The notes under the pieces were generated by a model, which was given only the letters and a program-made list of their open reading frames with translations, was not told the DNA's origin and searched no databases. From the NCBI GenBank assembly GCA_046563655.1, contig CM102286.1, positions 15,128,001 through 15,192,000 on the forward strand: a stretch of DNA of 64,000 bases. The letters are read 5' to 3'. Shown here in pieces: positions 25,573 to 39,392 of this stretch (its first letter is position 1; every line of letters begins with the position of its first letter). A program made the position numbers and the translations under genes. The DNA is from Yuukianura sp. NJ FZ-2021 (lineage: Eukaryota).

Positions 25573-26440
25573 GCTGCCTTGGGTTAGGTAACATGCTTAT
25601 GTAAACAAACATAATCTATTTCATCATTGATTTTTAGTCTCATGAAATTAACTTTTCTTTTAGGAAATTAATCGATTAATTAATAGTTAATTCAATTGGC
25701 AATCAAATGTTTCAGGGAATAGTATTTTGAGTTTGTGAAAAGAAGTTTTTAGTTGACGAGGCAAAGGAACTTCCTAATCATTGCGGTTTTTGACGTAACC
25801 AGAACCATGGTGGTTATATGGTTAAACTACCCAATGAGTCGTAACTTACGACTCGTAAGTCCATTCCTAACCTTCGGTTTCAGAAACGTTGGTAATCGGA
25901 GGGTGTTACTAAAAAAAACAAGTTTGAAGTAGGGAACTGTTTAGAATGTGTTGGGATTAATCGATTCGTCGAAATGGATCGATACAAGTCTGGATCCAGC
26001 ACATGGCCTGAATCTTGTGGCTAAACTCCAATTCCGCCGGTAATGAGATCAATTACGAATAAGCAAGCAAACAACACTTTTAGTGAATCGATAATTCTTA
26101 TATCTCTCATTTCCATCCAGCTTAAAGAGGTCACTCTTCCGGATAATCCTGTGTTAAGGTAATATTTGTACAAAAGCACGTCAAACCAATAACTAAAACG
26201 TCCTTGAATTGTGACGTGACAGGTTTATGAAGTGACAGTCATTTGCATTTGTATTGTTTTGATTTATCAGTTATCACACCTCTAGCGAGGACAAAGGAAC
26301 AAACGAGGTCAAAGCATTCCACTCTCCCATCATCGCCTCATCAGTCCAAACAAGTCTTTGTGTCCAACTAATTTTCAAACGTTTGAAGTTAGCCGCCATT
26401 TTGACTTGAGTTTTCCTAGAACTGTCCAGGTTTTGGTGCC

Positions 26441-28995
26441 ATGAGGGTGGCAAAAGAAACTGAAACGGACCTTGACCCACCATCTAATGTTGACCTTTAC
26501 ACTGATTTACAGGTCAACAGAATGAAATTCGACAGTGTGCTGCCTCTGATTGGTGAATTCGGAAGATACCAACGTCGGATCTACTTTCTCTTGTGCCTTC
26601 CCGCCATTTCATGTGCTCTCCATAAACTTGCATGGGTCTTTCTCGGGGCAAAAGTAGCTCATCGGTAAGTTCCTCTCAACTTTGACCTTTGTACGTCTGT
26701 TTTTAAAGCTTAAAACGTTACGTTTTTGTTTACAGATGCAGACTACCGATAGATCTGGACGACGCGATTTACCAAAAGCTCCCGCCGGGAGAAGAATTTG
26801 AAAACTGGTATCCCTGGGATGCAAAGTCGGAAACTTGGGATCAATGCTATCGCTACACTTCAAATTCCAGCGGAGTTGTGGTGGACTGCGATGGTCAATA
26901 TGTTTACGACAGAACAAAGTACCAAAGCAGTGTCTTCATGGAAGTAGGTCAACAAAGGTCACGAAAGGTTAAGGACACTTAAACAAATGTCACCTTTTTT
27001 ATTTCAGTTTAATCTCGTATGTGATGACCGGAAAATCTTGCATTCTCATGCCCAAGCTCTGTTCATGGCTGGAACTCTGATTGGTTCGATCGTGTTTGGT
27101 GATTTGTCGGATCGCTTTGGTCGTCGACCGATCTTCTTCCTGTCGCTCGTTTTGCAAGTTATTTTTGGAATACTGGCAGGATTGGCTCCAGAGTACTACA
27201 CATTTGTACTGGCGAGGGCAGTTGTAGGTGCAACTACCTCCGGAATCTTTCTAGTCGGATTTGTAATCGGTCGGTAATTAACTTAACATCAATGAATTGT
27301 TGCTTCCTGTTGAATGTTTAAATTTTCATTTCAGCGATGGAGATGGTCGGGCCGTCGAAGCGAATGGTAGCTGGAGTTGTGTGCCAGTACTTTTTCACTG
27401 CCGGATACCTCTTCACTGCCATCTTTGCTTTTGTAAAATCATATCCTAACATTCCTAAATATTTTAATTAAAACTGAACTAAATGTTGGTTAAAAATTAC
27501 AGTTTATCCGGGATTGGCAAATCCTTCAAATTGCTCTATCGCTGCCGGGACTAATTTTTCTCTGCTACTATTGGTAAGTAACGACCAGCATCGCCTATTG
27601 TTCAAATATTCAATGTTAATAGTTTTTGATGTTTTAGGTTTCTACCAGAGTCAATTCGGTGGTTACTGGCGAGAGGACGGAAAGCAGAGGCAGTTGCCAT
27701 TTTGCGTAAAGTTGCCAAGGAGAACAAGGTGACACTGCCGGAAGAAATGTACGAAGGGCTTTGTGCAGAAGAAGCGACCAAGTCCAGCCACAACATTCTG
27801 CAGGTATTCAGATTCCCACGTCTTGGACTGCGAGCGGTCAACATCTTCTTCAGCTGGTAATTGAGCAATAGATAGACTCACCATTTTATAGTAAACGCTA
27901 TTTAAATTCTTACAATAATTACAACTTTGCTTTGTAGGTTTGTGAACAGTGGGGTCTACTATGGACTGTCCCTCAACACTTCAAATCTAGGCGGGAACGA
28001 TTATCTCAACTTCTTGATCTCCGGGGCAGTCGAAGTTCCCGCGTACACATTCCTACTCTTCAGTCTAAATCACTTCGGAAGGAAAATTGTACTTTGTGGA
28101 TGCATGTTAGCTGGAGGTCAATTACATTTTCCTTAACTTTTGTGATCAGGTCAAAAACTAGCAAACGATGGACTTTGTTTCAAAATTTTGTAGGACTAGC
28201 GATGTGCGGCTGTGCCTTTGTTCCGGAAGGTTGGTATTTTTCAAATTGTAGTTTTTCTTTTAACTTTGTCTTTGAAGAGTAATATGAATTTTTTTTCCAA
28301 TTTTTGATAGACTCGTCATGGCTGCTGATCACACTGTCGATGATTGCAAAGTGTTGCATCACTGCTTCCTATGGAGTCATTTACATCCTCACGGCTGAAA
28401 ATTTCCCAACCGTAGTCAGGTACGTTCTTAATTTAAGAATTGCAAGGTCAAGGTCACTTCAAGGAAAGGATACATCTTCGCATTAGGTTTAAACTTTAGT
28501 TTTGTTACAGAAATGCGGGTGTCGGGACAAGCTCAATGTTTGCTCGTGTTGGAGGGATATTGTCCTACTACGTCCTAGGCTTGGTAAAAATTCAAAATGT
28601 AGAGATCACTTAAAAATAGTAATAAAAGATGTTTTGTGTTGTGGTTAGGGCGAAATCTGGAAGCCTCTGCCTCTCCTAATTTTTGGAGCTTTGTCTGGAA
28701 CTGCTGGACTACTTGCTCTTTTAATTCCAGAAACGTTGGGGAAACGACTACCGGAAACTCTGGAAGACGGTGAAGCCTTTGGCACGTAAGTCTCTTACTC
28801 TGAAATAAAGAGTAATGTCATGTTTTAAAATCTTTTATCACTTTAAGAGCTGCCTATGACGGTCGATACAATAAAAAGGAAGAAAACGGAATCTCGGAAG
28901 GGGATGGTCCTGTTGTTGTCTTGAACGGCTTACAATCTCCGGCCAAAGGTCATGGTCCACTGACTCACACAGCCTCCAGTCACAAAGATGCCTAA
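26441..28995 (+). CDS. SLC22 organic cation transporter (Orct-like)
   Basis: MKFDSVLPLIGEFGRYQ (in-frame ATGs at 26441 and 26522), EFNLVC, GDLSDRFGRRP, PESIRWLL, YYGLSLN, AENFPTVVRN, LIPETLGKRLPETLEDGE. Stop at 28993-28995. Confidence 0.93.
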
Positions 28996-30416
28996 ATTGG
29001 CATCAATTGAGCTCAATTCATACCATCCAACATCCCAATAGTCCTATTTTGTAACTTGTCTTTTGTATTTGTAAAAATCAACATGAAGTAAGTTTAGAGA
29101 TGAGTTCCTGTTCATTGACTCCTAGCGTTTAATTTTAGTTGCATAAGACGCTGTGGGCTTAACGAGGCGTGAGAATAGCGGTGTCACACACTTTGATCTT
29201 CGTATCACTTCCTGTGTCTTCTTGGTCCAATGCCAGGATTCTGCGTGATCTTGGGCATTGGCCTTAAACAGCCTTTAAACTTCACGGTGGCTTTAAACCT
29301 CTTATGGGGCACAGATGATTCACCAAATCCCATAACATAAACATTATCAACCAAACTGCGGATACCCGACTCGTCTGTGCCTAACGCGTATACTCATAAC
29401 CTTAACATTACTAAATAACTAAACCTATAATAATAATATAAATTCATATAATTTAAATTTACACTGGTATTACTGTATTGAGCAATATCGTTGCAGTTCC
29501 TGGTTACTAAATTTTGATATTAATTTCTAGGTTGTTGGTACTTTAATTACTAGCTCACATTTATAAGATCTCTCGCTTGTGTACTTTATAAGTCCAAATA
29601 AGTGACTCAATACGCGGCTGTAAAACACAAAAACAAACGTATTGAATAGGAATCGAGTGTTGTTGTTGTTGTTCTACTAACCTTAACTCCGGCTTTACCA
29701 ATTGACTTTAGTTGGTTAAATTGTGTAGTGGATTACAAACTTCTGTCGGGTGTGTGTATTTTGGGTGAGAGGAGTGGATCGCTTTGTTTGCTCCTACTTT
29801 TTCACACCCTCTTTCCCCGATCTTCTTCTTTTTGCACTCCCACTTCTACTGTTTTCCTTTCTGTGTTTGTGTGTGATGATAAAGGAGAAAAGTGCTAAAT
29901 CGGGGTCAGTCATCCATTGCAAGTTTCGCACTCTACATTAGTCAACGGCATCAATCACACCTCAGTCGGAATCACAGGGAGACCAAAATGTAAACACAAC
30001 GAACCAGGCAAGAACCGTACCAGGAAAAGTGTATTCCCTTTGTCTTTCAATTGAACTTCCAAACACCACATTCTACGACTCCCCGTCACTTCCAGTCGAG
30101 GTAACACTAAAACCATTCATTACTGGCTACTAAGTGGTCAACCTAATTGGTTCTGCGGTTTATATGGCTTTGCTTTACCGGTAATTTTGTTTTCAGGGTG
30201 AAGGAGCCATCCTTTGGTTCCGTCATCAACGTCGGAGGTGTCGTAACCCTCGTTTGAGTCATCAAATTCCTCGTCTTTCGTTAACCACAAGTCAAACGTC
30301 AACGCTCAACTATTACGCTGCTAATTCAATTGTGGAAGCTCAACGTCAAGCCGCTCATTGTCTCCAGTCTCAGGATTCTTTCATTTCTTTTTCTATTGTT
30401 ACTTCCCTCCAGCACA

Positions 30417-33400
30417 ATGGCCAACATCAACTACATTCTACCAATGAATCTAACCCTCTCCAGCTCACAACCTTTCAGCTATAATGGACTCAACCTCATC
30501 TACAAACTGTCAAATCTCAGCCTCAATTTTTTACTTCAAGATGTCAATGTCAACATCTCGTCTCTCAATTCTACGCAACAATATCTGGAAATTGCCAATC
30601 AAAACAGAAGGATCGTCGCATACGTGGGAGTCTTAGCAGTCTTGACACTCATTTTACTCATTTCTGGATTAGTATGGTGCTGCCGAGACTGTTGTCGAAA
30701 AACGGACCGACGCAAGTACGACCGGAAGTGTGCCAGGAATTTCTGGACCTTGATATACGGGATTCTTGTTCTGGGATTTACGTGAGTCAGATTTGAAGTA
30801 ATGAATCTCAATTTTACAACGAAACCTTTATCATTTATTCCTGTGCCTGTTTTTAGGTTCCTCGTGATCTCTACGACGTTGACAAACGAGCAATTGAAGA
30901 GTACAATCAAAGTCTTGCCAACTCAAATTAATTCCACACTGTCGGATGCATCCAGCTACTTGAATTTGACAAAGACCCAAGTTCATACGCTATTCATTCT
31001 CAACTATGGAACTCTTGAAGGTACTTTTATGCTTACTTTCTACAATTCATTTATTAACCAAAAACTCAAGGCTTTAATAATTCAACTTTTTAATTTCTTT
31101 GTGAAGCATCCTTGATTGACACTTTGGCCAGATCGGGAGATTTCATCAAAAATGACCTTGCGGACAACTTGCAAATTGAAGAAAACTTTGATAAGATTCG
31201 GCAATTCTTGGGCGTTATACAAGAAGTGCATGGAATTCTGCTGGAACTTGTGAATGCTAGTAGGAATATCAAGACAAAGACTCATCAGCTGGAAATTAGT
31301 TTGAGTCAGTCGAGAGATCGCCTCATGAAAATCGTCGAAACTTGCAACTGCGGAGATCAAATTCTCGAGGAATTCAGAAAAGAGGTTGGAGATACAGATG
31401 ACCCCAGCGGCCTCAACGATATTGACTTGAACCGGGTAAGTAACTTTTGCAGCCTCTGGTTTGTATGACCTAAGTTTTTTGGATGTAACATTATGACTTT
31501 GTCTTAACATTGCTTCCTAACAAAGATATTCAAGATTCAAATCCCGAAGGTAACTTTTGAGTCATTTTGGCTCAAAATATGTACTCTATCTTGGTACAAC
31601 GGAAATTGAAATATGAACCTTTTGACCTTATTGTACTTTTTTTTATGTCGCAGCTACCCCACCTCAATGCAACACTGGAAGAGCTTTCTAAAATACTGGC
31701 TTCCGATGTTCAATCACGTCTTGAAACTATTCAACACGAGTTGCGAACTCTGAGCTTGAGACTCCAAGCAGAAGTAAATACGAACCTTCCAGCAGTTCGA
31801 CAGAAGCTGAACTCTACGAAATACGAATTAATTCACTACAACAACTTAATTAGTCGAAGTATTGGGAACTTCCAACGGATGCTGAATAACTGGTCGTCTT
31901 CTGCCAGAGAGTATGAAGTTGAAGAGTACTTGGAGTACTACGAATTCATGAGGTGACTCATTCAGCAAATCAAAAACTACTCTCTCCTTACTTTTTGCAA
32001 ATGTAGAGCGTGGTCTCTTTTGTGCCTTGTGTTTTGTTAACTTTTTGTCTCTTTCTAGGTACTCGTCTACGCTGGGTGCCATTGGAGTCCTCATAGCAAT
32101 TTTGACTTGTCTTATCATCACCTCCTGCATTGGATTTTGTGGCAAACAACCCGGAAGCAACATTGAGTGCTGTTCCAGAGAACTCGGCAGCACCTTTATC
32201 AGTTGGTGGGAAACTTTGATTTTATTTTTAGCTTTTATCAATTACAATTGGAACTAAAGTGAATAGTTGACATTGATTTGTTTACTTTTTGTTTAGCTCT
32301 ACTTTCCTGATTATTGTGACAGCAGGATTCATCGCTGTCATGATGGTCGGCTATCTTGCTCTCACTGGAGTTGTTTGGGTTGTATGCGAAAATTCAACAT
32401 CCACTGCCGAAACGTTTGGACTTGAAAAATACATCCCCAAAGACATTGAGATTGACGGAGTTCGACTTACTTTGCCCAAACTGCATGAAATAGAGTAAGA
32501 ATGAATACAAAAACTGGAACTACCTAAACTTTCCTAAATATTTCTTGATACTTGATTACTGTGTTTTGTGTGCAATAGAACGTGTTCCGAGGGTAGAAGT
32601 GCTTTCAACATGCTCAATTTGTCAACGGTCTACAATATCCAGGGTCTCGCTGATCTTCCCTCGCGGTTTGCAATTCCAAAGGTGACAATTCCAAACTTGA
32701 ATTTCAACATTCCTCAGTTCAAATTGAACTTGGATTCGCTTCAAAAAATCAACTACACGAAAGTGGTTCATGCTCTGGCTCAACCCATTCTCACAATCAA
32801 TCTGGATCACATTATTTCCGAATTAACAAACATCCAAGCCAATGAAGACTCTGAAAGCGAAACACACTCTCATCTGCTCAATGAAATCATCGTTCTCAAC
32901 GGCATGAACTCCTTCATCTATCGGCCTCTCATGGAAATGGTCAACAAGAGCTTAGAAGGCATCCGCAGAGTAGAAGCTCTCAAATCCGAATTAAACATAG
33001 CAGAAATCGAAAGATTAATTCAATTGCAAGGTCTCTCCACCTCAAACCTCAAGACACAGGTCAAAATCTTATATTCAAGATATTTGCAAATCAGAAACCA
33101 AACGATTTTTCTTGTTTTTACAGATCACTGGATCCATCAACACATTCCAGACGAATTTCATTGGACAAATCCAAAAGTACTCCAACTACACTTTGGACTC
33201 AATTATGAACAAGGTTGGACAGTGCTATCCGCTTTACAAAATTTACAAGAATAGTGAGGACTACGTCTGCGTCAACTTGCGTCTTCCGTTCAGCGGACTT
33301 TGGTTATGTCTCAACCTCATCTTCCTCTGCTACTTTCCGCTCCTCCTCGTTGGTCGAGGTCTGAAGCGATTGTATCGACGTGGAAAGAAGTATGGAAATC

Positions 33401-33967
33401 GCTTCGATGGAAGGTAAAGCTAAATGCAATCGTTTCATTGTTGTGCTCTTCTTCCATGCATTTGATTTAAGATGCTTGAAATTGGACGGCATTGATGTGG
33501 GGTTTCGGTAGTAAAACTGAATTTGTGTTTTAATTTGTGTTTAGTGATACTAATAATCTGGGTGACAGTTACTCCTCTGATACAATACCACTCAATACTA
33601 ACAAGTAGGCGGTCATTTATGTTTCACACATTTTATACCAAATGATTTCTTTGTCCGGTACTAACATGGGTGTTTTTTAGTGAGAGGAAATACCGTCAAG
33701 GAGGAAATGGACGACACTCTGCCGCTGGACGTCCAAGCACCAGCAGGTATGATTCGGATAAGTAAGTAAAAGCATGCGTGCTAGTCAGTTTTGAATTTGG
33801 AAACGTTTTGAAGAGAAACTATGTGCTACTTTTGTATTTTTATTTGCAGAGCCTGGAGTGACCATCATCGTGCTCAACCACAAATTCGTCATCAACCAAC
33901 ACACCCCGCTTCCGAAGAATATGAAAGACCACCACCATATTACTACCCTGGACCAGCAGGACAATAA
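30417..33967 (+). CDS. Prominin-like pentaspan membrane glycoprotein (true start uncertain)
   Basis: TM1 followed by WCCRDCCRK; TM3 followed by GFCGK..CCSRELG; two large N-glycosylated loops; VGQCYPL..Y....VC...PFSGLW; C-terminal EYERPPPYYYPGP. Confidence 0.85.
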
Positions 33968-35009
33968 AATGAAGCATCTAGTTGCATCTAGTTGGAAATG
34001 GCGATGCAATTGAGTCAGAATTTAGCCAAAATCACTGTTAATACTGGAGAAGAACTGGAGACTTGGAAAATAGGTTGTACAGAAAAGTCTAGGCTTTTTG
34101 GGACATTGAATGTTTGTTAACTCTATTTGAGCATGCTTTCACCTAAATACGTTGTGGTTTTAAGTCATGAGAAAAATTTATCTAAAAAGCAGATTCTGCG
34201 AAGTGGAACACAATTATGAAAAATGCAATTAAGGAGTTCTAAACCGTACTTCTGCTTCCCCTTTTAAGCATGTTATGTTAATCTCAATCGAACAAAGTTT
34301 GTGAATACTAATTAACTTATACAAGGTACTCCTAATGCTACGTTACGGAATTGGAGTTTACTAAATAAGTGAGTCAGTTAAGAATGTGTTGGGTATTTTA
34401 GTTTGTTATCCATTGATGAAATGCTTCGGAATCTTATTAATTATGATACAGAATCAGTTAAGTAAAGAGCAATCACGTCTAAGCTATTCCTATTCTACTC
34501 CATTGCTTATTTTTTCATTTCTGTAGACGATAAAGTATACAAGATGTAAATAGCAACGTAATGTTATGAAGGCTCTCTCTGTTTGTCTGTATCCTAGAGA
34601 TAAATAATTATTATTGATATTATCCTACAGATAGTTACTATCCTTATTCTAGTAGACATGCGTATTCAACTGCCATTTTTGTTCACTCGCCACAAGAAAT
34701 GTGAGTGACTCCGAAGTCGGGATGAATTAAAGTGAATTAAAGAAGATTTGTTGTTTTATTTTATCCACTTTCTGCACATTTAGAACTTTTTACTAGATCC
34801 GCTATTTTGCAAGTTTATCGGCAATCAGATTTCCGCCTACTCCAACATTTCTGGACTTATACCTGTTTTTGCGTGAATTCAGGAGCTTTTTTGAGTTCGG
34901 CTTCCGGGATAGTACAATTCTTTACCCTGTAAATATTTAAGTTTGAATTGGATGAAAAACTTGAGGGATTAATCCATTCAAAAGTTCATTCAGTAGTCCA
35001 TTCAACCAT

Positions 35010-35335
35010 TGGACTATAGTCGTATAGTCCCAAGGTAAATAGAATACGTAGTCCATGGTTTTTTTTCAAAAGACAAAAAACTTGATGTTCGATTTTGGGG
35101 TTTTCAAAATTTCTAAAATTTCTTCATCTGTTTTGAAAGTTTTTCGGGAAGAGATTAGGTCTCTAGCGCTTTCCGTTCATGAGATAAAAATTTTCAAAAT
35201 TTTATTTTAATTTTCAAAAACTTTGAAAAATCATTATCTCTGAAACGGAAAGCGATAGAGAGGTTAAACTCTTCGCTCCTGAATTCACAAAAATATGGAC
35301 TATTTTTAGAAATTTTAAAGGTTAGGTTTAGGTTA
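35010..35335. repeat. Fragment of an AT-rich dispersed repeat family also present at 38.06-38.33 kb and 40.33-41.20 kb
   Basis: Shared blocks: ggactata..tatagtcc, ccatggttttttttcaaaa, cttgatgttcgattttgg, gaaagcgatagagagg.taaactc, gaattcacaaaaatat.gactatttttagaaatttt. Confidence 0.8.
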
Positions 35336-35860
35336 GGTATTTGATTGTACGGTAGATCTAGATGATGGTATTCTGCCTGAATTACTTTCATCACACCACA
35401 AACTAATATGACACCCTTCAACTTTTTTTGAATTGTGATTTACTACAAGATCTGGAAAAGTCACCATAAACGTAAAGTGTAATCAGCATGGGTTGACGAT
35501 GATGGGTTTTTCTTTTCCTGCGTTGATTTCCGCAGATTCCGAGGATTAGTCGCATCTATTCCTAGCATTTCACACACGACACGTCATCTCTCCACACCAC
35601 ACCACACCATCTTCATTTACTTACCATAGTTACATTTCATACCGGCAATTTTACTCCATCTCCCATTTCTGTTTTTACAGTTCCCTTCCAGTGCCGGCAA
35701 ACCGTGAAGACAAGGTACGGTACGGGTCATTGATTCCTCATTACACGACAGAAGTATTACAACAGGTTAGTTCATTATAGTTAATTTATAAGGTCAAGAG
35801 ACATATGACGTTAATTTGGCTCTGTTTCTATGTTTAGAAAAAGGAATTGAGGTATCCACC

Positions 35861-37673
35861 ATGAGGCAGTTTGCAATTATTGTATGTGTACTGCTACTAT
35901 GGTCATCGACCAGTATGGGTAAAGAAGGCAAGGAGGCCCCAGCATCAACTACTTCCGGTGAAGGAGCTAAGCCAAAAGCTACACCTACTCCAGCTCAAAC
36001 TACAAAGGAACAACCGAGCACGAAGCCTCCAGCACCAGCGGAAGCACCAAAAGTAAAGGAACAACCTACTCCAACTACAACACCAGCACCGCCCAAGGCT
36101 ACTTCAAAAACTGAACCTCCAGCACCGGCCCAGCCTACTCCGAAAACAGAATCTCCAGCAGCGGCCAAGGCTACTCCAAAAACTGATCCTCCAGCACCAG
36201 CTGTCGTCGAGGAACCGAAAAAGGTGCCAGAGGTAAACGCTTCTCTAGACAACGATCAACTTAATAAAATCTAATTGTTATTCGTTATTGATTTGGTGAA
36301 TAATTGATATTTTAGAAGCCAAAAGTGGTGGAGAAGTTGGGCGAGATCAAAGTCAAAGCAGGGATTATGAATGTGGACACCAAAGCAGGAGAATGGAAGG
36401 ACTTGGCGAAGGGACAGACACTGCCAGGCCCTCTCAATCTTCATGAAGTTCAAGAGCGACTCAATGTCAAGATCTCTGCCACAAGGAAGCTCCATCAGGT
36501 CTTTGTTTTGCTCCGGAATAAGGCAACTGATGAAGAAGTAGGATTCATTGGTCAACTGGAGTCTGACCAGGGTTCAAACTACAAAGTTGACATTGTGAGT
36601 TGAACCATTTGTTTGTTATTCAGTAAGTAACCTTTTTGTAACGTTTAAACTTTGTAATTTAGGACATTGCGAGCACTGGGTTTGAAGCTGGAACTTATGA
36701 AATTATCCTTTATCTTGGGGACTTTTTGATTGAGGATTCTCTAGAGTGGGTCCTTGGGGAATTGAACTTCAAAGTGACTGGAAGCGAGCATCAGTTCAAG
36801 GCAAGACCCGCTGTCAATCCCCTCTACTCAATTTCATACGAACAGAAACCAGAAATCAAAGTAAGTTGGTAGAATTTGAGTATTACAAATTAGAAAAATC
36901 GTATCTTCTGTATAGCTAAGTTGAAATGTTCCAATGATCGTTAGTGTTCAGTAAGTACCCATTGCTGTTCAACTTCCATACCATTGGCAAAAAAATAACC
37001 TGTTTAGGAAACGTCTGTCACTGGTCTCCAGTGGCTTCGATGATGTATCTTAAGGGGTTCACAGTTACAGTTTGCTTGGTAACTCCACGTAATGTCAACT
37101 TTGTTTTGTGATTTACTTAGCACCAATTTCGTCAACCGGAACCACGTCCATCCAAAGTCGTGTCAGATGCCTTCACTCTTCTCGTCCTGTCACCCTTCGT
37201 CGTTCTCTTCTTTCTGGTAAACTTCTAAACGCAATTCTAATCCTAGCAGTCATACTGAAACTAATTGACAATTGGCTTTTACTTGCAGTGGATAAAAATC
37301 GGAGTGAATATTAGCAACTTCCCCTTCACATTGAGTGCTTTGAGCTTTCACCTCGGCCTGACAGGTACTAAGCACCACTTCTAAATATAATTTACCAAAC
37401 GATGCAAATGATGTAATTTATACTTTCGTTCTTCTGAAACCTGATGTCACTTTGAATTTACTGATCAGAGTGCTTAATCCTTTTAAGTTTAAGTTGACGA
37501 CTATTAATTCATAACAAGTCTCTTTGTTTTTAGCTTTATTTGGTGTCTACGCTTTGTTTTGGATCAAATTGACAATGTTCGAGGCTTTGAAGTGGATGGG
37601 ACCTCCAGGAATTGTCACTTTTGTGGCAGGGAATCGCTTACTCAACTACATTGCAGAGAGACGCACCAAGTGA
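35861..37673 (+). CDS. RPN2: Ribophorin II (OST subunit 2/delta)-like protein with a Pro/Thr/Ala-rich N-terminus
   Basis: Signal peptide at 35861; LHQVFVLL; KPEIKHQFRQPEPRPSKVVSDAFTLLVLSP; WIKIGVNISNF; FHLGL; LTMFEALKW; TFVAGNRLL. Stop at 37671-37673. Confidence 0.85.
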
Positions 37674-38333
37674 TCCTCCAGTACCGTCCAACACTAAGAA
37701 TTCAGTAGTTAAGGGCTAAATCAGCTTACTTCTTGTTTCACGTTTTAGAACAAAACCAATCTTTTGTTAGTTTAGAACACTTCAATGGCAGAAACAAGTC
37801 GTAAATTATATTATGAAGTCCTTGTTTCCATTCCTCGTCCAATATTTCTGTCAATTTTTTGGTTTAAATAAAAATTAAACTAGAATGTTGTTCATCAAAT
37901 TGCGTTAATTTGTCCAAAAGTCGTCACTTTTCTAAAAGTTTGTAGAAATTTTGAAAAGTTCAAAAACGAACACCAACTTTTTCGTCATCAAAATTTGAGG
38001 GTACCACTTAAAATTTCGAAAAATACTGCATATCTTTGTGAACTCCGGAGCGAAGAGTTTACCTCTCTAACGCTTTCCGTTCCCAGGATATGAATTTTGA
38101 AAGTTTTTGAAAATAAAAACTGTGAAAACCCTGGAACGGAAAGCGATACAGAAGTAAACTCTTCGCTGATGAATTCACAAAAATATAGACTATTTTTAGA
38201 AATTTTACAAAGGTACCCTCAGATTTTGACCAAATTTCGAAAAAATCCATGGACTATATATAGTCCATGGTTTTTTTCAAAATTTGACGATTTTTTTGGC
38301 CGAAAACTTTTTTGTTCGTTTTCGGCCCTTTTA

Positions 38334-39361
38334 AGCTTACCGCCCACCAAAAAAGTGAAACGAACAATTGGAATCCCAGCGGCTTCTGCGCCACTTGTTC
38401 GTTGTACCCGGCACACCAAAAAAGTGTCGGAAGAAGAAATGGAGCCGACGGCGCAGGGGCTCCATTTTTTCTGCTCTACTTTTTCTTTTAGCCCAGCACA
38501 CTGGACTTAATGGCACGACAACTTTCTGCTCCACTTTGTCGTTTCAGCTGGTCTGCCATAGGAATTCGAAGTGATCAGAATATGTCAACACAGAATGGCG
38601 CCATTCTCTTTTTTTCAAATATGAACTTGAGAATCAGTTCATAATCTTAAGTCAATAGTATTCCCCAGTATGAAACTAATGATTAGTTGCAAATTTTGTT
38701 GTCAGGACTGTTCCCCTGTTACTATATACGTCTGGGGTTACTCCTTGGGTTAGGCCACGATAGTGGTAACAATGCTGGCTAGAAAACGGCAAAGACACAT
38801 GCTAAACTGGCTCAACTAATCGAGTTATTCCAATGAAAGTTAAGTTATGACACACTAGATACTCGGTACCATATGTAGTAAAACAGGAATTATTTTTTTA
38901 ACAATAGAAACTATCATTCACTTTGAATGATACAAAATAAGAATTAATTTAGATTGAACAGCTGACGTTGTTTACTAAATGCACTTTCTGATCAGAAAGT
39001 GCAGTGTGCCATAGGCAAAAAAGTGGCGCCGAATGTTTTCGTCCCGGAAAGTTCAACTTTTTGAACTTTCCGGAACGACAGAATTTTGGCCGCCGAAAGC
39101 TTTCGCCATCGGTGTGCTATAGTCTGCGCCAAAAGTGAACCGACAATCTGTCGTTTCACTTTTGTCTGCAGAAAGAGTGGAGCCGACAGCGAATCTTGGT
39201 GTGCGGTGTGGAACGACGAAAGTGAGACGAACTTTTTCTTTCCACTTCGACGGAAAGAAAAAGTTCGGCGGCTACTTTTTCTGGTGTGCCATAGCAAAGT
39301 GGACAGAAAAAGTAGAGCAGACAACCGCCGACAGTCGGCGCCATCCGGTGTGCGGTAACCT
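38334..39361. mobile_element. PIF/Harbinger-type non-autonomous element
   Basis: TIRs AGCTTACCGCCCACC / GGTGTGCGGTAACCT with a TTA target duplication (38331-38333, 39362-39364). Confidence 0.8.
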
Positions 39362-39392
39362 TTATAATTTCTAAAAATTCTTCATATGTGTG

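Noticed and set aside
35319..35340. TTAGG runs (also ~21244 and ~39677) as telomeric sequence
   Set aside because: Only 2-4 imperfect units, embedded in dispersed repeats; not a telomere array.
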